A stretch of 64,000 nucleotides of DNA from a virus (IMGVR_UViG_3300026487_000004:1-64000), one strand, 5' to 3'. Shown: positions 54,418-62,681, counted from the first letter of the stretch. The notes: generated from the sequence alone by a model not told the origin. Numbers and translations: made by a program.

Positions 54418-55068
54418 TTAAATGTGTTTCCATGTCTTTCCAGATGTTATTTGAGTTATTGTAGAATATCCGCAATTGAAAGCGTAATTTCTATGTATAT
54501 CTATAGCTCTTATACCATTTCTATATAATTTTTTAATTTCTAAAACATTTTCGTTTGTTAATTTAGTGTGACTTAATTCTACTCCTAGTTTTGGTTTTTT
54601 AAAACCATTTTTGTAAGCATGTTTTATATTTTCGCTTTGCGTACACCATTCTAAATTTTCTAATCTATTGTCTGTTTTTATGCTATTCAAATGATTTACT
54701 ATACTATTTTCTGATGGTTTAGGTATAAACGCTTCTAAAACTAATCTGTGTACAAAATAATATTTATTTTCACTATTCATGCTAGTCATTAGCCTCAAAT
54801 ATCCTTGCTTAGATAAATTTGGCTTTAACATTTTGTATTTCTTTTCTTTTGAAACCCAATTAGTAGGCTTGTAAGACATAACATTACCCAGGTTGCTAAC
54901 TAAATACTCGCCATTAAAACCTATAGCTTCTTTCCATATTTCGGCAATGTTTTCTATTTTGTTTTTAAATTTTGGTGTTAATGCTTGTTCGTCTAATGAT
55001 ACTGCGTTGAAGTCTTTACCATCATAATATTTGTCTTTAGACCACTCTATTTTGTCGTTTAAGCTCAT
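54418..55068 (-). CDS. HNH homing endonuclease (NUMOD4-type N-terminus, C-terminal HTH-like region)
   Basis: WKEAIGFNGEYLVSNLGNVMS ... VHRLVLEAFIPKP ... VNHLNSIKTDNRLENLEWCTQSENIKHA. Confidence 0.7.
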   Translation of the reverse strand: MSLNDKIEWSKDKYYDGKDFNAVSLDEQALTPKFKNKIENIAEIWKEAIGFNGEYLVSNLGNVMSYKPTNWVSKEKKYKMLKPNLSKQGYLRLMTSMNSENKYYFVHRLVLEAFIPKPSENSIVNHLNSIKTDNRLENLEWCTQSENIKHAYKNGFKKPKLGVELSHTKLTNENVLEIKKLYRNGIRAIDIHRNYAFNCGYSTITQITSGKTWKHI

Positions 55069-55547
55069 ATATTTTCTCTGTTAATTGTTGGATAATCTAT
55101 TGGTATTTCTTGTTGTTGTTCGGGTAAAGGAAGTGTGCAGTTAAGAAAATCTATGCTCCATCTATAAATCTTATCCATGTATTCTACTGTTTCTAATTTG
55201 TTGAGGTCACTTGTATCTCTAACCTTAAATTGTATTTCACCATTTTCATCATGTATCTCGTTTCCATGCTTATCAATAAGTACAACCGTTAAGAACTTCT
55301 TCTTAATTAGGTCTTTTGCCTCCTCCATTTCAATTCCTATCTCATCGGCAATTATAGTGTACCACATGTGTTGTAAATTGTTTTGAGATAAGCTTCTCTG
55401 AGCATGATATTTCTCTATTATGACCCAAACCCTGATATCATGCTTAAAGTCTTTCAGATCGCTTAAAAATGCTGATTTAGAGTTAAACTTTAAGGTAGGT
55501 TTATCAGGATTGGATAGGTCTATGCGCGCTAGTTGTTTACGTTTCAA
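55065..55547 (-). CDS. NinB/Orf-like recombination protein
   Basis: AQRSLSQNNLQHMWYTIIADEIG resembles lambda NinB ERNRSLDQNRKLWACLGDVS. Apparent TTG start in a TTGA overlap with the upstream stop. Confidence 0.4.
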   Translation of the reverse strand: MKRKQLARIDLSNPDKPTLKFNSKSAFLSDLKDFKHDIRVWVIIEKYHAQRSLSQNNLQHMWYTIIADEIGIEMEEAKDLIKKKFLTVVLIDKHGNEIHDENGEIQFKVRDTSDLNKLETVEYMDKIYRWSIDFLNCTLPLPEQQQEIPIDYPTINRENI

Positions 55548-56200
55548 TCTAATTCCTCCAAAAATTTATGTAATTGTTTATTCCATTTAGCATCATGTAA
55601 AGCACTATGCTCATTAGATTGTTTAGGATATAAAGGCAATTTTTTAATGTCATTTGCTTCGATACTTCCAAAAATTACTTGCTTTTCATCAAGAGTTTGC
55701 TTTAAATCCCTACAATACATAGGAAAGTCGTGAGGTAAATCAATCATTCTACCGAATAAACTACAAATTAGAACCCAATCGTAATCACAGTAGTAGCCAT
55801 AAAACTCTATTGGACTATCAACATGCCACCCATACTTTTTACCTCTGCTAATAAACTCGGAAATTGGATCTAACCAATCGCTGTAAGCATCTCTCCACAT
55901 ATAAAGCATAATATCTAAGGCGATTTCTTTATTTGTTCTACCATAATGTTTATGGAAATTATGAACCTCATAACGGTTTCTGTTATCACCATGCACTGTT
56001 TCTAAGTATAGTGGTAGAATAACATTTTTCTTAACCCATTCATCGGCATCATCGTAATTATATTCACTGCTTATTTCATAAAACTGTGTGCCATCTTCAC
56101 ATACAATAGCCACGCTAATTAAGTCTATATGGTGACGTCTTTTCCCAAATAAAGGTTTATGAAACCCTTCTATAAATTCTGTATCTAAATAATATTTCAT
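55544..56200 (-). CDS. DEDDh 3'-5' exonuclease (Rv2179c-like pattern)
   Basis: MKYYLDTEFIEGF...IDLISVAIVCEDGTQFYEIS ... HSALHDAKWN. Confidence 0.6.
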   Translation of the reverse strand: MKYYLDTEFIEGFHKPLFGKRRHHIDLISVAIVCEDGTQFYEISSEYNYDDADEWVKKNVILPLYLETVHGDNRNRYEVHNFHKHYGRTNKEIALDIMLYMWRDAYSDWLDPISEFISRGKKYGWHVDSPIEFYGYYCDYDWVLICSLFGRMIDLPHDFPMYCRDLKQTLDEKQVIFGSIEANDIKKLPLYPKQSNEHSALHDAKWNKQLHKFLEELD

Positions 56201-56203
56201 ATT

Positions 56204-56392
56204 CTAATTATTAAATAATTCACTCCTACGTCTTTCTATCTCTTTCTGTGTGGCAACTATTTCTTGATGTAGTGCCTCAATCTTATCTTCTACGCCCATA
56301 CAGTTGTCGTAAGCCTCTAGCTCTTCTCTGAGGTAGTTGTACATAGATACAAGGTCTGATGGGCTTAAATCGGTTAGTTTGTTAGTTTTCAT
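56204..56392 (-). CDS. hypothetical protein
   Basis: 62-aa helical ORF. Confidence 0.5.
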   Translation of the reverse strand: MKTNKLTDLSPSDLVSMYNYLREELEAYDNCMGVEDKIEALHQEIVATQKEIERRRSELFNN

Positions 56393-56403
56393 ATTTTGTT
56401 ATT

Positions 56404-56550
56404 TTAAATTGAATTAGCACATTCTTTAGTGCAGATATCGCAACAGTTGCATAATTTTTTACTATCATATATCTCCTCTGCTAAAGGACAAGTATGGAGA
56501 ACAGTGCAATCTATTTTGCCACATGTTTGACATTCGTTTTCTTTTTCCAT
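56404..56550 (-). CDS. small Cys-rich (putative zinc-binding) protein (48 aa)
   Basis: Hand translation MEKENECQTCGKIDCTVLHTCPLAEEIYDSKKLCNCCDICTKECANSI, with 9 Cys. Confidence 0.4.
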   Translation of the reverse strand: MEKENECQTCGKIDCTVLHTCPLAEEIYDSKKLCNCCDICTKECANSI

Positions 56551-56557
56551 ATTTTTT

Positions 56558-56833
56558 CTATTTAATTAATTGTTTAATTTCTAGTATTGATTCTTTGTTT
56601 ACGCTGATAGATACAGAATGATATTCATTGAATTTAAAGGCATAGTTTTCTTTATTTTCAATTGGATAGCTTTTAACTTCTTGAACTAAAGCCATATTCG
56701 ATGCCAAATCAATAAACTGTTTAGCATATTCAATCATTATTTCGATTATCTCTTCTTTCGTTGCATGTACAGTATCATCCATGTGAAGTCTGTCTATTTC
56801 ATTCAACACTTCTTCTGCTGTTTTAATTTCCAT
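56558..56833 (-). CDS. hypothetical protein
   Basis: 91-aa ORF. Confidence 0.55.
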   Translation of the reverse strand: MEIKTAEEVLNEIDRLHMDDTVHATKEEIIEIMIEYAKQFIDLASNMALVQEVKSYPIENKENYAFKFNEYHSVSISVNKESILEIKQLIK

Positions 56834-56863
56834 TTTTTTTTATTTGTTTATAGTGTTATATAA

Positions 56864-57517
56864 TTATTTAATAAGCCCTGAGTAATTTCTTTTTCGTTCT
56901 CGTCTGTCTCTTTTTGTTATTTTATGTCTGTTTAATGTTTCAGCCACAAATGAATCAGAATAATCATCTCTATTAAAATTAGTTTTTGCATACTCTTTAT
57001 GAATATAAATAGCCAAACAGTCATAAATAGTAGCGGCATAAAGCTCGTTTGCATTATAACCACTTAGCAAGCATCTATAAGTAATTCCTTCTTTAGTTAA
57101 TTCAACAACATAACTGTTTTTTCTTTTACTGTATCCCTTGTATTTATAAATACTATTAAACTTCTTGCTTCTATTTAGAGAATTTAGTTTTATATTACAT
57201 ATTCTAAAATTAACCTTTCTATTATCAAGAGGATTGCTGTTTATGTGATCTGCCATTTCTTCCTTAGATGTCAACCCCATTATTACTCTTCCTATTGAAG
57301 TATTAATAATATCATTATTACCTCTATATCTGACTTCTATGTAACCCTTATTAGTTTTTATTTGAAATTTTACACCTTCATTTTCCTTATCAACCAATAT
57401 TCTTGTGCCATTTTTATTTGAAATTATAACTGAATTTTCATCAACTAAAAAGTCTAACTCTTTATCTTTTTCGTCCCACACTTTATAATTGTGCCTTATA
57501 TCATATAAGTTTGCCAT
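56864..57517 (-). CDS. HNH endonuclease with AP2-like DNA-binding domain
   Basis: ADHINSNPLDNRKVNFRICN (HNH core). YKGYSKRKNSYVVELTKEGITYRCLLSGYNANELYAATIYDCLAIYIHKEYAKTNF is an AP2-type pattern. Confidence 0.55.
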   Translation of the reverse strand: MANLYDIRHNYKVWDEKDKELDFLVDENSVIISNKNGTRILVDKENEGVKFQIKTNKGYIEVRYRGNNDIINTSIGRVIMGLTSKEEMADHINSNPLDNRKVNFRICNIKLNSLNRSKKFNSIYKYKGYSKRKNSYVVELTKEGITYRCLLSGYNANELYAATIYDCLAIYIHKEYAKTNFNRDDYSDSFVAETLNRHKITKRDRRERKRNYSGLIK

Positions 57518-57519
57518 AT

Positions 57520-58008
57520 TTATCTATGTTTAATGTTTTTAGGGAATTTAATAATTCTATTGCCATTGAAGAATAAGCTAGGATTCAACCAGTATACACC
57601 ACCAACAACAGTCCTACTTACAAAACCTTCTTTAATTAATTCATTAATAGCGCTTCGGTAAGTAGTGGGAGAAGCAATATTATTCTCTGACATATACCTG
57701 ACCCTATTTAACCACAAATAATCTTTTCCGCTATCAGCCTCATAAATCAGCCACAAATACAATTCCTTAGCCCTGGGAGTTAACGAATTTGACCGCAATC
57801 TCTTTTCCGACGCCACATATATAGAAGTCTTTCTTTCATACTCAACCTCTCCAATTTTAGGTAGTATAATACCATCCTTGTCTTTAACATACTGATTCTT
57901 ATATTCAACAGCACTCACCTCAACAGTTAAAGTATCCAAGAAAGGATTCCTACCCAACATAGCCTCATTATATGTTGGCTTAAATTCTCTTTTCTTTATT
58001 TTTTCCAT
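57520..58008 (-). CDS. RepL-like winged-helix DNA-binding protein (first gene of the minus-strand block)
   Basis: LTPRAKELYLWLIYEADSGKDYLWL...NIASPTTYRSAINELIKEGFVSRTVVGGVYWLNPSLFFNG. The track start at 58026 is TTG; ATG at 58008. Confidence 0.4.
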   Translation of the reverse strand: MEKIKKREFKPTYNEAMLGRNPFLDTLTVEVSAVEYKNQYVKDKDGIILPKIGEVEYERKTSIYVASEKRLRSNSLTPRAKELYLWLIYEADSGKDYLWLNRVRYMSENNIASPTTYRSAINELIKEGFVSRTVVGGVYWLNPSLFFNGNRIIKFPKNIKHR

Positions 58009-58555
58009 AACCAAATGTAGTACCAATAAATTGATTATGCAACAAAAAATTGATACACCAATATGTTAAGGTTTAACCCCAACTATTTGATACCCCACAA
58101 ATCATCATTTAAATACCTTTAAACACCATTTTTTAACCGTAAAATAACTTTTCAACATACAATTACGATTTCGCACATATATAAGATTAATCCTAACAAC
58201 ACGCTTTTTGTGTTTTCTGATTTTTATTTAATAAAGGTAAGAGCATAGGCTTATCCCTCCCAATCAACCCCCATCAATCCCAGTCCAAAACCACCCCTAA
58301 TGTAACCGGGTGGGTCGAAATTCAATTTGATATTATAATGATCAGCCAGGATGCATTAACCTACCTATTATTATAAATCGATCTAACTAGTTGTAAGGAA
58401 TGATAATGATTAACTAATATGAATGATTAGCTAACTATTTTAATTGTCTTATATCGCTTTAAAATGTGATTATTGATTAACTAATTTAAATATTGATAAT
58501 TTATTCTCGTAATTCATTTAACTATTTGCAATGATTTGTTGTTATATTTGAGGAT
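58009..58555. promoter_or_regulatory. divergent control region (possible origin/operators)
   Basis: 547-bp ORF-free gap between divergent wHTH genes. Contains TACATTTG (58019-58012, minus) and TATATTTG (58543-58550, plus) boxes 3-5 nt from the two ATGs, GATTAACTAAT x2 (58408, 58475), GATTAGCTAAC (58425), ATTGAT repeats, and a C-rich tract at 58255-58297. Confidence 0.45.
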
Positions 58556-58927
58556 ATGGAAAAAGAATTAGAAATAGAGGATAAACCCCTCATAATAAAC
58601 TCTCCTTTATCGTTTGTCAATTCCTATTTATATAATCAAAACAAGTTTCTAAAGGATAATAATATAAGTCCTCAATGTTTTGAGTTATTGATGTTGATAG
58701 TTAATTATAATGTAAATACCGGTAAGGGTCTTAGTTGTACTCAAATGATAACTTTGAGCAGTTATAGTAGTAGTTATTACAGGAGGATCTACAGTTTTTT
58801 AAATACACTTCATAATAATGGGATGGTTGAATATATGGGTAATGGCTGGAATAACTGTAAATTGTTTTCGCCTACTGATAAGGCTATCGAGGGGATTAAT
58901 AGGTTAGTTTCAGATATTAAGATTTAA
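58556..58927 (+). CDS. MarR-like winged-helix DNA-binding protein
   Basis: CFELLMLIVNYNVNTGKGLSCTQMITLSSYSSSYYRRIYSFLNTLHNNGMVEYMG. Confidence 0.4.
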   Translation: MEKELEIEDKPLIINSPLSFVNSYLYNQNKFLKDNNISPQCFELLMLIVNYNVNTGKGLSCTQMITLSSYSSSYYRRIYSFLNTLHNNGMVEYMGNGWNNCKLFSPTDKAIEGINRLVSDIKI

Positions 58928-58951
58928 AGTTAGTTTATATGATTTGGGTTA

Positions 58952-58979
58952 GGCTTATACGATTGTATAGGCTTTTTTT
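58952..58979 (+). terminator. rho-independent terminator (+)
   Basis: GGCTTATAC-GATT-GTATAGGCT (G-U pairs) followed by TTTTTTT. Confidence 0.65.
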
Positions 58980-59605
58980 ATGTTTTTTAAAAAATAATTT
59001 TGGGGTTATTTGGGTGATAATATGTGTTGTATGGTGTTTAAATGATGTATATCTGGATTTGTAGTTATAGTCATACAAATGTGTAGAGGTGAATTTTACA
59101 GGATTGGTTTGTTACTTTGAATCATGGGAACGGCAATGTAGTTTGTTCTTTAATGTTTGATTAAGTCCTTTATCTAGGCAAGTGTAAATAATCAACAAAG
59201 CGTGATATGTGCTTAAATATATCAAAACTCGTTCTTTGCTTCGTTTGTACGTAATCGATAAAACGTACAGTGTGAATAGCCGTTGACACTATAATATTCG
59301 CCGTTAAGCAATAACGTTAATTAGCGCCAGTTTAGAACGCCTGCTAAGTGGTTCGGGGTAGTTGTCCCTAGTAAAACAAATAATGCCTGTATAAGCTATA
59401 ATTATACGCTGTGTGCAAGCTTAAAGCACCGCCTAGTGATGTGAGGTATTATGATAAATAATATTGAGGCATTACAACATACTTAGAGCGAAACAGCCCG
59501 TAAGACCTGAAATAATGTAATCGGTAGAAATTTAATTATTTGTGTATAGCGGTGTTTGCCGTTACTGACGAGCTACAGAATAGCGAAACGCAATATTTAA
59601 ATGTT

Positions 59606-59896
59606 ATGAATTTTCACGTATTAAACTCTAAAGACATTACTGTTTTAGATAACAAATATGAACATGAATACCAAAATAAGGTCGAAATAATTACTTTGTT
59701 TTCAGATAGTATCTTAGATTCTCATGCTTTAGCTTATAATGTTTTTAAAGATGCTAAATATGTCGTTGAACTGGGTTGTACTGATTTGCCTAGTGGTAGT
59801 GGTTTTATTTATACGGTTCGCGTTACTTCATTTAGTGCAGATGAAAACTGCTATAATGATGTTCATGGTGATGACTACAACGATTTTAACGACTAA
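59606..59896 (+). CDS. hypothetical acidic protein
   Basis: The track start at 59540 is TTG; the first ATG is 59606 (MNFHVLNSKD...). Confidence 0.5.
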   Translation: MNFHVLNSKDITVLDNKYEHEYQNKVEIITLFSDSILDSHALAYNVFKDAKYVVELGCTDLPSGSGFIYTVRVTSFSADENCYNDVHGDDYNDFND

Positions 59897-59907
59897 AATT
59901 TATTGAT

Positions 59908-60183
59908 ATGTATAAAACTAAAAATGTAATTGAAAAAGGTATAAAAAATATGCTTGTTTCAAATAGGTCTGATTACGATTGTACGGTAATGTATAAAGTT
60001 ATTAGAGGTAGAATGACTAAAGCCAGGTATAAGGCTTTAAATCGTTTTGAACGTGCCAATAGCAGGAGCATGCCTGTTTATAGCGAACATGACTGTACAG
60101 GTCAGTTATGTGGCGTTTATACTGATATTTATTATCGTAAAACATTTGTAGTTATTAAAATAACATATTCATACGACTATTAA
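59908..60183 (+). CDS. hypothetical protein
   Basis: 91-aa ORF (SDYDCT ... EHDCTG motifs). Confidence 0.55.
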   Translation: MYKTKNVIEKGIKNMLVSNRSDYDCTVMYKVIRGRMTKARYKALNRFERANSRSMPVYSEHDCTGQLCGVYTDIYYRKTFVVIKITYSYDY

Positions 60184-60207
60184 AAATAACAACTAAATTA
60201 AAATAAC

Positions 60208-60297
60208 ATGAGAAATTCAAGTAAAAACCTAATATTGGTTATTGGTGGTTTAGCTGCTGTGTTTTGTATGGTTTGTTTGATAATGAGTAATATATAA
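60208..60297 (+). CDS. very small TM peptide (29 aa)
   Basis: Hand translation MRNSSKNLILVIGGLAAVFCMVCLIMSNI. Confidence 0.3.
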   Translation: MRNSSKNLILVIGGLAAVFCMVCLIMSNI

Positions 60298-60321
60298 AGA
60301 AATGCGATAGAGGTAAATCAT

Positions 60322-60370
60322 CTGCCTGTAATAGCCCCAACACTTAGCAATAGGTTTGGGGATTAGGCAG
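60322..60370 (+). promoter_or_regulatory. two-tier hairpin in the 5' region of gene 60380
   Basis: Outer stem CTGCCT (60322-27) / AGGCAG (60365-70) and inner stem CCCCAA (60335-40) / TTGGGG (60356-61). Ends 9 nt before the ATG, with no T-tract. Confidence 0.35.
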
Positions 60371-60379
60371 TAAGAAACA

Positions 60380-60598
60380 ATGAAGTTTCAATTAAAGTTT
60401 AACATTATGACAAGTAAAACAGAGTATATCGGCACGTATAAGGTTTTTAAAGTATTTAGAGTTAGCGGACGTAGGTCTATTATAAGAACTGGATTAACTA
60501 GGGACGAAGCTGTTAAATTAGTTAATAGCTATCCTGATAGTAAACGTTCTATGGTTTGCTTTGATAAGCAGTTTACAGCAGACAAATATTTCATTTAA
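60380..60598 (+). CDS. hypothetical protein
   Basis: 72-aa ORF. Confidence 0.55.
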   Translation: MKFQLKFNIMTSKTEYIGTYKVFKVFRVSGRRSIIRTGLTRDEAVKLVNSYPDSKRSMVCFDKQFTADKYFI

Positions 60599-60622
60599 TC
60601 AATCACTTTAATATTTACAGTT

Positions 60623-60883
60623 ATGAATTACAATTCAACAGGTAGCAAAGCTATCGTATCAAACAAAACGGTTATTATCTCATGCTTATTATTTATTGCC
60701 TTGTTATTGGGTGTTGTGATAAGTTCTAAAGCTCAAACAGTTCCTACTGGTGCTAAGGTATTAAAAGATACTGTAATCGCTAATAAGTCTTATAAACTGT
60801 ATTTAGGATCTAGGGGCGGTAAGTATGTGATAAGGGTTAGCAAAACAGGTAAAGAGTATAAACAATATTTTAAATCTAAATAG
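60623..60883 (+). CDS. small secreted/anchored protein with signal peptide
   Basis: IISCLLFIALLLGVVISSKAQ-TVP. Basic C-terminus GSRGGKYVIRVSKTGKEYKQY. Confidence 0.55.
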   Translation: MNYNSTGSKAIVSNKTVIISCLLFIALLLGVVISSKAQTVPTGAKVLKDTVIANKSYKLYLGSRGGKYVIRVSKTGKEYKQYFKSK

Positions 60884-60886
60884 ATT

Positions 60887-61030
60887 ATGCAGCTGCAATA
60901 CAAAGGTTATACAATAACCAAATCTTTAACAGGTTGGTACAGTGTTTTTACAAGCAGATACGGAACTATAAAGGCTGATACACTTGCAGGAATTAAGAAA
61001 CAAATAAATCACGCTATTAAAGCTCCTTAA
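60887..61030 (+). CDS. small hypothetical protein (47 aa)
   Basis: Hand translation MQLQYKGYTITKSLTGWYSVFTSRYGTIKADTLAGIKKQINHAIKAP. Confidence 0.4.
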   Translation: MQLQYKGYTITKSLTGWYSVFTSRYGTIKADTLAGIKKQINHAIKAP

Positions 61031-61043
61031 TAACAAACCTTTC

Positions 61044-61106
61044 CCCTCTACCTATACAATTACATTAAAATACATTATTAATCCTTTAAAACGCTTAAAA
61101 AATATG
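61044..61106 (+). repeat. repeat A copy 1 (63-nt portable upstream module ending in ATG)
   Basis: CCCTCTACCTATACAATTACATTAAAATACATTATTAATCCTTTAAAACGCTTAAAAAATATG; 61/63 identical to 62619-62681. Confidence 0.85.
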
Positions 61107-61301
61107 ACTAATTATCAAATAGCTAAAAGCACATTAAAAACAATTTCTTTAGATGCTAAAAATGAGCATAGAAACGACAAACCAATGATAAGAATGATAA
61201 TTAATGATTCTGTGGATAGTATTTCTAGAGACCTACGCTTAGACGTTTATGATTCTAACAGACTAAGTGACTACGCTTGTACTTTACATCCAAAAGACTA
61301 A
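61104..61301 (+). CDS. hypothetical protein
   Basis: 65-aa ORF whose ATG closes repeat A copy 1. Confidence 0.55.
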   Translation: MTNYQIAKSTLKTISLDAKNEHRNDKPMIRMIINDSVDSISRDLRLDVYDSNRLSDYACTLHPKD

Positions 61302-61312
61302 CACAATTAACT

Positions 61313-61370
61313 AATCAAATCATTAACCAGGCTTTAAGCCTATAAAGTTTAAAATATTATGACTACTCAA
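61313..61370 (+). repeat. repeat B copy 1 (upstream module plus first codons MTTQ)
   Basis: AATCAAATCATTAACCAGGCTTTAAGCCTATAAAGTTTAAAATATTATGACTACTCAA; near-identical to 62873-62931. Confidence 0.85.
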
Positions 61371-61673
61371 ATAGAATTTACCAGATCCCAGTATTTAAAT
61401 AACCAATGCTCGCATAGAGAATATTATGGACAGTTTGTAACTGAAAGCTATAAAAGCCAAATAAAATCATATATAGGCTTAAAAAAACTTTTAGCAAGTG
61501 AGGATAAAAACCTGAATGATATACCATTAATGTATTGGGATAATGCACCACTAACTACAGGTGTAAATCAAAAGATGAAAGATTTAGGAGACTATTTAAC
61601 ACTTGCCGGAAAGGTTTGCATAGCCAAAGAAGCTGCAAAACAAATAATAGAAGAAAACACTGTTAACTCTTAA
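61359..61673 (+). CDS. hypothetical protein (shares 5' and 3' ends with gene 62920..63180)
   Basis: Begins MTTQIEFTR and ends TVNS. The interior is unrelated to its partner. Confidence 0.55.
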   Translation: MTTQIEFTRSQYLNNQCSHREYYGQFVTESYKSQIKSYIGLKKLLASEDKNLNDIPLMYWDNAPLTTGVNQKMKDLGDYLTLAGKVCIAKEAAKQIIEENTVNS

Positions 61674-62116
61674 TGCCTACTACAATGAACTTATCGCCAA
61701 TAGAATTTATAGAAGCAATTAAATCTGGTCAAAAAGAATATGAATTAAATAGAACTGAAAGTCTTTATGTTGATCCAAAAGAATTAAAAAAGTTAACATC
61801 AAAAAAATATGGTCATTCTTATGAAAGTGCGGTAGATCATTTAACTACTGATTGGTCAAATGGATTTACAATCTGCGGCACTTGTGGAAGTTCTAGCGAC
61901 TTAGGTAAAGGATTTACAAAACATATATCAAATGGCTGTATATTTTGTGAGGGTGAGGAAAAACATAGAAAATACAATGTAGAAGCTAGTCCAAAAAAAT
62001 ACGGTGGATTTCCTGCAAGAACAATGTGTGTAGCTTTTGATGATGGCATGAGTTACACAGTAAATAAGTTGCAGAAAGAAATGTATTTTAAATATACACC
62101 AATTAAACCCCTATAG
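61673..62116 (+). CDS. zinc-ribbon protein
   Basis: CGTC ... CIFC. An alternative start at ATG 61685 lies in the conserved junction TACTACAATGAA. Confidence 0.55.
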   Translation: MPTTMNLSPIEFIEAIKSGQKEYELNRTESLYVDPKELKKLTSKKYGHSYESAVDHLTTDWSNGFTICGTCGSSSDLGKGFTKHISNGCIFCEGEEKHRKYNVEASPKKYGGFPARTMCVAFDDGMSYTVNKLQKEMYFKYTPIKPL

Positions 62117-62218
62117 TCTCCTTTAACCCTCATCCCTAACAAATACACTAATAACATTTTTATACAGCTTGTAATAGCTTTAAAAACTCTTAAATAACAA
62201 ATTAAACCTTTAAACAAT

Positions 62219-62485
62219 ATGGACATTTCAAAATTATCAAAAGCTAAAGTTTTAGCAGCACTTTACAACGGTTCAAAAGTGCAAGGCATGGGAATATTTC
62301 AAGCCAAAGCCGGAAGTATGACCGAAGAAGAAGCGGAACACCTTTTAAAAGAACAAAGTTATTTTGATTACCTGCATGGTAAAGTTATGAAAGTAGATTT
62401 ATCAGGGGACACTTTAGATACCTGGCTTTACAATAGGGATAACGGAGACGGAAAAGCGGAAAGTATTATATCATCAATTAGCTAA
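62219..62485 (+). CDS. hypothetical protein
   Basis: 88-aa ORF (VLAALYNGSKVQGMGIFQ...YFDYLHGKVMKVDLSGD). Confidence 0.55.
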   Translation: MDISKLSKAKVLAALYNGSKVQGMGIFQAKAGSMTEEEAEHLLKEQSYFDYLHGKVMKVDLSGDTLDTWLYNRDNGDGKAESIISSIS

Positions 62486-62554
62486 AAGTATACCCTTGAT
62501 TGACGGCAAATAGTAAATAATATCTATTGTGTATCATTCCCACGTCAAGGGCTT

Positions 62555-62591
62555 AAACGTCTTATCAATCTGGCGTTTTAAAATAATGATT
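62555..62591 (+). repeat. repeat C copy 1 (37-nt hairpin module)
   Basis: AAACGTCTTATCAATCTGGCGTTTTAAAATAATGATT, identical to 63596-63632. Stem AAACGTC/GGCGTTT. Confidence 0.85.
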
Positions 62592-62618
62592 TTAAGAAAT
62601 ATGTTTAACCTCTCTTTA

Positions 62619-62681
62619 CCCTCTACCTATACAATTACATTAAAATATATTATTAATCCTTTAAAACGCTTAAAAACTATG
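62619..62681 (+). repeat. repeat A copy 2
   Basis: 61/63 identical to 61044-61106. Also ends in an ATG. Confidence 0.85.

Noticed and set aside
59283-59296. TTGACA and TATAAT hexamers, looking like a sigma70 promoter.
   Set aside because: The two hexamers are only 2 nt apart instead of about 17. Bacteroidota-type hosts also do not use this consensus.
62529-62678. GTG-initiated N-terminal extension of ORF 62529..62846.
   Set aside because: The extension would translate through repeat C and repeat A, which are intergenic in their other copies. Repeat A ends exactly at ATG 62679, as copy 1 does at ATG 61104.
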